A DNA stretch of 14,076 nt from Nitrosopumilaceae archaeon. Lineage in GTDB: Archaea; Thermoproteota; Nitrososphaeria; Nitrososphaerales; Nitrosopumilaceae. The stretch is from positions 1 through 14,076 of the forward strand of contig CBDATR010000046.1 of NCBI GenBank assembly GCA_965200155.1. Reading direction: 5' to 3'. The translations under genes and the position numbers were made by a program. Below are positions 8,787-14,076 of this stretch, piece after piece. Positions within the stretch are counted from its first letter, which is position 1, and the number at the start of each line of letters is the position of its first letter. Below the pieces are notes generated by a model that was not told the DNA's origin, did no database searches, and saw nothing but the letters and a program-made list of their open reading frames with translations.

Positions 8787-9704
8787 ATGTCCAACCCCGA
8801 CAACGCATATGATGTAATAATCATAGGGGCGGGACCCGCGGGATATACCGCAGGCATATACTGCTCAAGAGCCGGTCATCGCACAGTACTGCTCTCAGGA
8901 ATACTGCCAGGCGGACAGCTAGTCAATACCACCGACGTCGAGAATTATCCCGGTTTTGAGGATGGTATAATGGGCCCGGATCTCATGATAGAAATGAGAA
9001 AGCAGGCCGCCCGCATGGGCACCAACATAATAGATGATATGGCTACAGCGGTGGACTTTGCCGGTCCCCTGCAAGTTCAAAGCCACGATAAAACGTATCA
9101 GGGGCGCGCCGTTATAGTAGCAACTGGCGCGGATCCACGCAAGCTGGGACTGGATGGCGAGCAGACCCTGGGAGGAAAGGGCGTATCATACTGTGCTACC
9201 TGCGATGGCCCATTCTTCCGGAACCAAGAGATAGCGGTTGTAGGGGGCGGTGACACCGCCATGGAAGAGGCCACATTTCTAACAAAGTTTGCCAGTAAGG
9301 TGCACGTAATACACCGGCGGGACAAATTACGAGCAAGTCAGGCCATGCAGGAGCGCGCCATGGCAAATGACAAGATACAGTTCCACTGGAACTCGGTAAT
9401 AGCCAGAATATACGGCGATACAAGAGTGGAAGGCGTTACCATCCAGGATACAACAGGCAGTCACGAAATGGCCGTCGGTGCAGTCTTTGTAGCCATAGGG
9501 CACAACCCCAACACGACGCTATTCCAGGATCACTTAAAGCTGGACCCTGAGGGATACATAGTAGTGGACGGCACGTCAACCAGCGTAACCGGTGTGTTTG
9601 CGGCCGGTGACGTACACGACAAGCGGTACCGACAGGCGGTGACTGCGGCAGGATTTGGGTGCCAAGCGGCCATCGACGTGGACAAGTACCTGGAGACACA
9701 CTGA
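8787..9704 (+). CDS. trxB: Thioredoxin-disulfide reductase
   Basis: FAD motif IIGAGPAG, GGQL..TTDVENYPG, redox CATCDG, NADPH motif VVGGGDTA, HRRDKLRA, GVFAAGDV..RYRQAVTAAG. Confidence 0.96.
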   Translation: MSNPDNAYDVIIIGAGPAGYTAGIYCSRAGHRTVLLSGILPGGQLVNTTDVENYPGFEDGIMGPDLMIEMRKQAARMGTNIIDDMATAVDFAGPLQVQSHDKTYQGRAVIVATGADPRKLGLDGEQTLGGKGVSYCATCDGPFFRNQEIAVVGGGDTAMEEATFLTKFASKVHVIHRRDKLRASQAMQERAMANDKIQFHWNSVIARIYGDTRVEGVTIQDTTGSHEMAVGAVFVAIGHNPNTTLFQDHLKLDPEGYIVVDGTSTSVTGVFAAGDVHDKRYRQAVTAAGFGCQAAIDVDKYLETH

Positions 9705-9718
9705 TCTGGAAACATGCA

Positions 9719-10492
9719 ATGATGAGCGTCCGTGCCCTGGGCGTATCCCCAAAACGGGGCACATTCAACTTGTATGATGCCCTGCATGACGCACTGGACA
9801 GCAATGATGCAACACTGGAATCAGGAGACGTAATCGTGATTTCCACAAAATTTGTATCTGTCTCCCAGGGCAGAATCATTCGCCTGAGTAAGACGGCAGT
9901 ATCCCGGGATGCAGATAGCATGGCATCCAGATTCCGGCTCAGGCCACAATTGGCCGAGATCATACTGCGGGAATCCGATTACATACTGGGAGGTATGCCG
10001 GGGTTTGTGCTAGCATATGCCGGGGGAGTAATGTCCCCCAACGCGGGCATAGACGCATCTAATGCCGGTCATGATACCGTAATCATATATCCGACAGAGC
10101 CAACACGGACGGCAGAGAACCTGCGGCGGCACATATTCCTGGACACGGGTATTACGGTAGGCATAATTCTGGCAGACAGCCGTCTAATGCCCGGCAGGGT
10201 GGGTACGACTGGTATCGCGGTGGCATGCGCCGGCATAGAGCCGGTACAGGATATGCGCGGAGACAAAGACCTGGAGGGAAAACCACTCAGGGTCACTTTT
10301 CAGGCCATTGCCGATGGCTTGGCATCGGCAGGGAATCATGTCATGAGCGAGGGGGGCCAGGCCAGGCCCTTTGCACTCATAAGAGGATCCGGAGCTGTCG
10401 CCGCCCACAGAATGATATCACCGGAGGAATGCAACGTATCCCCCTCACAATGTGTCTATGTTCGTGGCCTTGCAAAGTTATCAACTGAATAA
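9719..10492 (+). CDS. cofE: Coenzyme F420-0:L-glutamate ligase paralog 1
   Basis: GDVIVISTKFVSVSQGR, PNAGIDASNA, GIILADSR, DLEGKPLRVT..AIADGLASA, MSEG...PFALIRG. Start moved to ATG 9719 (or 9722), downstream of the trxB stop. Confidence 0.88.
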   Translation: MMSVRALGVSPKRGTFNLYDALHDALDSNDATLESGDVIVISTKFVSVSQGRIIRLSKTAVSRDADSMASRFRLRPQLAEIILRESDYILGGMPGFVLAYAGGVMSPNAGIDASNAGHDTVIIYPTEPTRTAENLRRHIFLDTGITVGIILADSRLMPGRVGTTGIAVACAGIEPVQDMRGDKDLEGKPLRVTFQAIADGLASAGNHVMSEGGQARPFALIRGSGAVAAHRMISPEECNVSPSQCVYVRGLAKLSTE

Positions 10493-11200
10493 GTCCCCCT
10501 GACGCCGTATCATATCCTGGCCCAGGCCATCACCTTCCACATCTAGTCCCCGTATCACCGCAGCAGGACACCCCGTACTCTTTTGCATGACAAGCTCCGC
10601 GGCCCCGGCCAGCTGGTCCGCTGTCGCAGCGACACTAACCCGCAGCGTGCGACCGAACATATCAGTTGTCCCCACATAATCCCTTAATGCCGGTACGCCA
10701 GAGCACCCCAGACAGATATCAGTCTGGCCATTCCGAAATGGACGGCCGGCAGTATCAGATATAATCACCCCCACCGATACGCCCGTAATTCGTTGTAGCG
10801 AGCGCCGTATGCCCAGGGCCGATGCGTCACTATTAACAGGCAATAACAGGGCATAACCTAGCGGAACGTTACTCTGATCCACACCGGAGTTGGCGCATAC
10901 ATGACCCTGTGGCGTGCGGGTTATTATGATACCGTTACCCATTCGAACTATCTCCGAGGCTTCTTGTAGTACAAGCTCCACTACTCTGGAATCCTTGCCA
11001 TACTGATCCGCTATCCCCTGTGCCAGGAGTGACGGCTTTATGGAGTCCAGTCGCATCATGCGACCCTCTGCCTTGGAGACCGCCTTTTGTGCAATCACGA
11101 TAATGTCCCCATCACACAGCTGAAACGATTTGGCTAGCATATGAGCCAGGTCGCTACCAGGCGCCACCTCCCCGTCCACCGACACAGGCATTACCCTCAT
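10481..11200 (-). CDS. cofE: Coenzyme F420-0:L-glutamate ligase paralog 2
   Basis: DGDIIVIAQKAVSKAEGR, VCANSGVDQSNV, VIISDTAGRPFRNGQTD, DMFGRTLRVS..ATADQLA, PAAVIRG, C-terminal DLF. ATG 11200 preferred over TTG 11224. Confidence 0.92.
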   Translation of the reverse strand: MRVMPVSVDGEVAPGSDLAHMLAKSFQLCDGDIIVIAQKAVSKAEGRMMRLDSIKPSLLAQGIADQYGKDSRVVELVLQEASEIVRMGNGIIITRTPQGHVCANSGVDQSNVPLGYALLLPVNSDASALGIRRSLQRITGVSVGVIISDTAGRPFRNGQTDICLGCSGVPALRDYVGTTDMFGRTLRVSVAATADQLAGAAELVMQKSTGCPAAVIRGLDVEGDGLGQDMIRRQGDLFS

Positions 11201-11272
11201 ACGCGTATACGCAGGGTTACGCAAAATATGGGTTGTGACTGCATAGACTTGACTATACGAAAATTATTCCAC

Positions 11273-11593
11273 TTAGTCATTGGCATCCCGCTCCATCCAT
11301 TTTGTATCATTTGCCCTAATTGTCTGGGTCACCTTTTTATTCCTGGAGTGGTGTTTCGGCGTTATCTATCCAGTGAGAAGTGCAACCTTCTCTCATTATA
11401 GTAGTCCACATAATCCCGGAGACGGTCATAATGCCATATCTCATCCTCAATCATTCCATGGAAGCGCTCCAGTTTGCCATTTGTCTGTGGATGATATGGT
11501 CTGGAATTGATTAGTATGATATCTTGATCCAGCAGTTCTTCCTAGAATAGTGGGTTTCCAGTTCTTTTTGCCCTTTTATTGTCCTATGAAACA
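11273..11593 (-). pseudogene. IS481-family (rve integrase core) transposase, 3' fragment with stops and frameshifts
   Basis: Manual minus-strand translation: CFIG*..WKPT / F*EELLDQDIILINSRPYHPQTNGKLERFHGMIEDEIWHYDRLRDYVDYYNERRLHFSLD / NKKVTQTIRANDTKWMERDAND*. PxTNGKxERF and YNxxRxHxSL are rve-core hallmarks. It is cut at 11593 by the IS66 end. Possible element end TGACTATACGAAAA at ~11250. Confidence 0.85.
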
Positions 11594-12955
11594 GTATGAG
11601 TTCACGTGTTTTGATCACATAATAAGATAGAATGCATCCCAGTTTTTTAATTATAACTGCATTCTGGCAGCAACCTCGTTCATTACAGAAAGGCCCTGAG
11701 CCCTCCATGTCTGAACACATGATACAAATGTAGACATGCGGCGCATTGCCCTTTCGCCACCCTTTATCTGACCACTGATCTTGCGGAATACCACTGCGTA
11801 TCGCAAAGCCTGCTCCGCTGGATTGTTGGTGGGCTCTACACTGTCATATTCTAAGAATACGAACATGCCTGGTATGGCCTTATTCAATCCTTTTACCTTC
11901 TTTTGTAGTTCAGTATCATCAACATCACAGTACTGATGCAGAATGGATTCTGCTCCTGTCTCAAATGAGTGTCGTAATTGCGCGGACGGCCCGCAGTGAT
12001 TCAGGGATTCACGTGCGCTCCGGAACAATCCTTTCAGGTCGTTGTCAAGTTTGATCCGGGCGTCCTGAGCACCGGGATCGATATAGAATCCTGCATGTAA
12101 TGCCTGGGTATCGCGCAATAAATGCGCCCAACACAACTGGTGCTTCCCACCGTCATCAAACCGGCGGTACACAACGTACCTGTCCGTTACTATCGCTCCC
12201 TGGTAACCGTTCAGGTATTTGTTCACTACATTTGAACTCCTACTTTTGTCATATATGGACATCATCCACTCTTCGGCTCGCATCCCCCATACCCAGCCAC
12301 GCCTACCCGCCAGTGATATACCAGTTTCGTCCACATGAATGCTGGGTGATTTTATTATATTTTCATGAATTGTTTCCATAAATGATTCACATGCATCGGC
12401 GGCCCTGGCAATTATGTTGTTTACCGCACCCACAGATATATTCAGGCCGAAGAGATCCTTCGAAATTACAGGTATGCGTTTTATTGGAATCTTTTCCGCA
12501 CGCAATGCAGTGATGGCACCGCATAATTGAACCCCAAAACTACCACTCTTTGGGACGCCCGCTGCTGGGGCCAGTTGTTTTTTGCCGCACTTGCATGCAG
12601 CCATTTCTATCACATGAAGGGTCTCCTCTATTTTGGCTGGTATTAATTCCGTTATGTGTCGTTGTTTCCAACCAATTTTTGTCATCATATTGCCGCACTC
12701 ACATATTGGTGTGTACTCAAAGGTGTGATGCACTACTCTGCCGGGGTTGTGGGAACGAGAAACCCCCTTGTGTCCCTTTTGCGCGCCAGCCTTTTTGGCT
12801 GATTTCGTACTGGCTTCTTTCTGTTGCTTATTATCTCCCTGTTTTCGCTTCTGCTCCTCCTGTTTTCGCTTCTTGTACTGGAGGGATTGAAGGGATGGTG
12901 GCGAGTGAGCATTCTCATAATATTTAAGTCGCGTTGTGATTACCGCAATTTTCCT
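11594..12955 (-). mobile_element. IS66-family element (single-ORF type), right end intact, left end replaced by MITE B
   Basis: TIR GTATGAGTTCACGT at 11594, 57 bp past the transposase stop. The 5' side runs directly into MITE B at 12956. Confidence 0.85.
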
Positions 12956-12967
12956 GTATGAGTTCAC
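11651..12967 (-). CDS. IS66-family DDE transposase, probably N-terminally truncated
   Basis: ENAHSPPS, KKAGAQKGHKG, zinc finger CECG...CKCG, HVDETG, VTDRY, HQLCWAHLLRD, PTNNPAEQALR..VVFRKIS. The GTG start and first four codons come from the MITE TIR. Confidence 0.9.
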   Translation of the reverse strand: MNSYRKIAVITTRLKYYENAHSPPSLQSLQYKKRKQEEQKRKQGDNKQQKEASTKSAKKAGAQKGHKGVSRSHNPGRVVHHTFEYTPICECGNMMTKIGWKQRHITELIPAKIEETLHVIEMAACKCGKKQLAPAAGVPKSGSFGVQLCGAITALRAEKIPIKRIPVISKDLFGLNISVGAVNNIIARAADACESFMETIHENIIKSPSIHVDETGISLAGRRGWVWGMRAEEWMMSIYDKSRSSNVVNKYLNGYQGAIVTDRYVVYRRFDDGGKHQLCWAHLLRDTQALHAGFYIDPGAQDARIKLDNDLKGLFRSARESLNHCGPSAQLRHSFETGAESILHQYCDVDDTELQKKVKGLNKAIPGMFVFLEYDSVEPTNNPAEQALRYAVVFRKISGQIKGGERAMRRMSTFVSCVQTWRAQGLSVMNEVAARMQL

Positions 12968-13047
12968 CTGTGTCTAAATTTACGCACAACTGATCGCGAC
13001 AGTTAATGTGATTTGTGCACAAGATTCCGGAAGACGTGAACTCATAC
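12956..13047. mobile_element. MITE copy B (92 bp)
   Basis: Perfect 12-bp TIR GTATGAGTTCAC/GTGAACTCATAC; differs from copy C at 2 positions; no TSD (ATTTTCCT vs TATGATAT). Confidence 0.88.
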
Positions 13048-13138
13048 TATGATATATGTAATCAAGATCCGGTCACCCCACTACACGACATTTGCAATCA
13101 CGGCATACGTTAGTGCTGACTGGTGTCACTCACATTGG

Positions 13139-13196
13139 GTATGAGTTCACGTGTTTTGATCATTCACTAAGATATAGATTGGTATGACAATATTTT
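13139..13196. mobile_element. Solo IS66 right-end fragment
   Basis: The first 24 bp GTATGAGTTCACGTGTTTTGATCA are identical to 11594-11617, and TAAGATA recurs at the same offset. Cut after 58 bp by MITE C. Confidence 0.8.
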
Positions 13197-13288
13197 GTAT
13201 GAGTTCACCTGTGTCTAAATTTACGCATAACTGATCGCGACAGTTAATGTGATTTGTGCATAAGATTCCGGAAGACGTGAACTCATAC
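13197..13288. mobile_element. MITE copy C (92 bp)
   Basis: Perfect 12-bp TIRs; direct repeat of 12956-13047; no TSD (AATATTTT vs GGGAATGA). Confidence 0.88.
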
Positions 13289-13447
13289 GGGAATGAAGCT
13301 GATCCTTGCGTTCTATGATGTCATCGAGATTTGAAACGAGGGCATTCTTTGTTTGAGCTTCAAGTTTGCCACGCAGGTTTGTTACTTCGGCCTCGGTGCG
13401 TAGACGGTTGTACTATTCTGCTCCTTGGTGAGTTCTGCTTTTAGCAT
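13289..13447 (-). pseudogene. Frameshifted coiled-coil ORF fragment truncated by MITE C
   Basis: ATG 13447 gives MLKAELTKEQ; after a frameshift NRLRTEAEVTNLRGKLEAQTKNALVSNLDDIIERKDQLHS runs into the MITE. Heptad-like pattern. Confidence 0.4.
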
Positions 13448-13592
13448 ACCTGGTATTACAAAATTAGGTCTTAACTTTTCTGTTTCACATGAGTCTGTGT
13501 GTGAAAACCCATGATACTAGGTCAATTGTTCGTATCTAATAACTTGGTTTAGACGTGCAGGGTGGGAGAAGTGATTCTGCGCATACGGTCTA

Positions 13593-13604
13593 TTATATTT
13601 ATTA
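13593..13604 (+). promoter_or_regulatory. Putative archaeal TATA box
   Basis: TTATATTTATTA ~25-35 nt upstream of GTG 13628. Confidence 0.45.
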
Positions 13605-13627
13605 GCAATCTGTTGGTTAAAATATTA

Positions 13628-14076
13628 GTGAATAAAACTTACTTCTTAGCATTACTCGCGATTATCCCTATCGCCGGAACTGCGTTGGCTGACGCTAACA
13701 ATACTATAACATACGATGATCGGATCATATATAATTTACAGAAACTAATAGATGAGGAATCATATACAACATCAAGTGATTTTTCAACACACCAATTTCA
13801 CACTCGCCTTCAAAGTGATGGATGGTATAATTCAACTATTAACGTAATTCCTAAATCAGGACTTGAGGAATCTAGAACTATCTCATTCAAATTTAGAGAA
13901 AATTCAGATAATACATATACAATCATAGCACCCGAAGTCGGCATTCGTGGTAAATTTACTACAGAAGAATTTACTCCAGATCGTAGGATACGACCACCAG
14001 GTGATCATTCTATATCACTATCTGACAGAGCAGACCACTCAGCTTATGATTTAAACAAAAGCAGATCTGATTGGTG
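13628..14076 (+). CDS. Secreted hypothetical protein, 3'-partial
   Basis: Stop-free frame from GTG 13628 to the window end (~149 codons): MNKTYFLALLAIIPIAGTALA|DANNTITYDDRIIYNLQ... It has a Sec-type signal peptide (basic n-region, hydrophobic core, ALA cleavage site). Absent from the ORF track because there is no stop. Confidence 0.8.
   Translation, partial: MNKTYFLALLAIIPIAGTALADANNTITYDDRIIYNLQKLIDEESYTTSSDFSTHQFHTRLQSDGWYNSTINVIPKSGLEESRTISFKFRENSDNTYTIIAPEVGIRGKFTTEEFTPDRRIRPPGDHSISLSDRADHSAYDLNKSRSDW

Noticed and set aside
8787-9704. trxB as the redox/sulfur partner of the PT system
   Set aside because: It is separated from the island by IS debris, belongs with cofE in a housekeeping block, and there is no sequence evidence of functional linkage.
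9659-9718. Upstream extension of cofE paralog 1
   Set aside because: It overlaps the trxB 3' end; ATG 9719/9722 gives a normal CofE N-terminus.
11141-11720. Track ORFs 11141-11401, 11280-11510 and 11511-11720
   Set aside because: They overlap the IS481 pseudogene or IS66 end in the wrong strand or frame.
12203-12214. GTAACCGTTCAG (IS66-end-like) inside the transposase
   Set aside because: It lies within an uninterrupted reading frame (YLNGYQ); most simply a coding coincidence.
11585-13056. TATGAAACA / TATGATATA as the target-site duplication of the composite IS66
   Set aside because: Only 7/9 identical, IS66 TSDs are typically 8 bp, and the interrupted IS481 does not continue on the far side.
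12956-13288. Recurring GTATGAGTTCAC units as a CRISPR array
   Set aside because: The units occur in both orientations with irregular spacing, match the IS66 end, and there are no cas genes; they are TIRs.
13500-13590. GTGAAAACCCAT / CTGCGCATAC as a further IS66 end
   Set aside because: Match to GTGAACTCATAC is too weak to support.

Overview
Archaeal-looking window, probably Nitrososphaerota. This is inferred from TATA boxes ~25 nt upstream of starts, a trxB-cofE>/<cofE block and an archaeal-type IS481 remnant. Left 8.4 kb: a DNA-phosphorothioation-type defence island. An Ssp-type modification module (5'-truncated SspC-like ATPase, SspD-like PAPS reductase) runs straight into a Pbe-type effector module: a PLD-SF2 helicase on +, convergent with a small protein, a DndD/SMC-like CxC ATPase and a DndE-like protein on -. 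No SspE/SspFGH is seen. The conserved N-terminus of the helicase has no canonical start codon. Middle: housekeeping trxB and two convergent cofE paralogs. Around them is an IS graveyard: an IS481 pseudogene, an IS66 transposase, two further IS66-like ends and three copies of a 92-99 bp MITE with GTATGAGTTCAC terminal inverted repeats. Each MITE abuts a truncated IS66-like piece, and one sits directly against the TATA box of the defence operon. Right end: a partial secreted protein missed by the ORF track.
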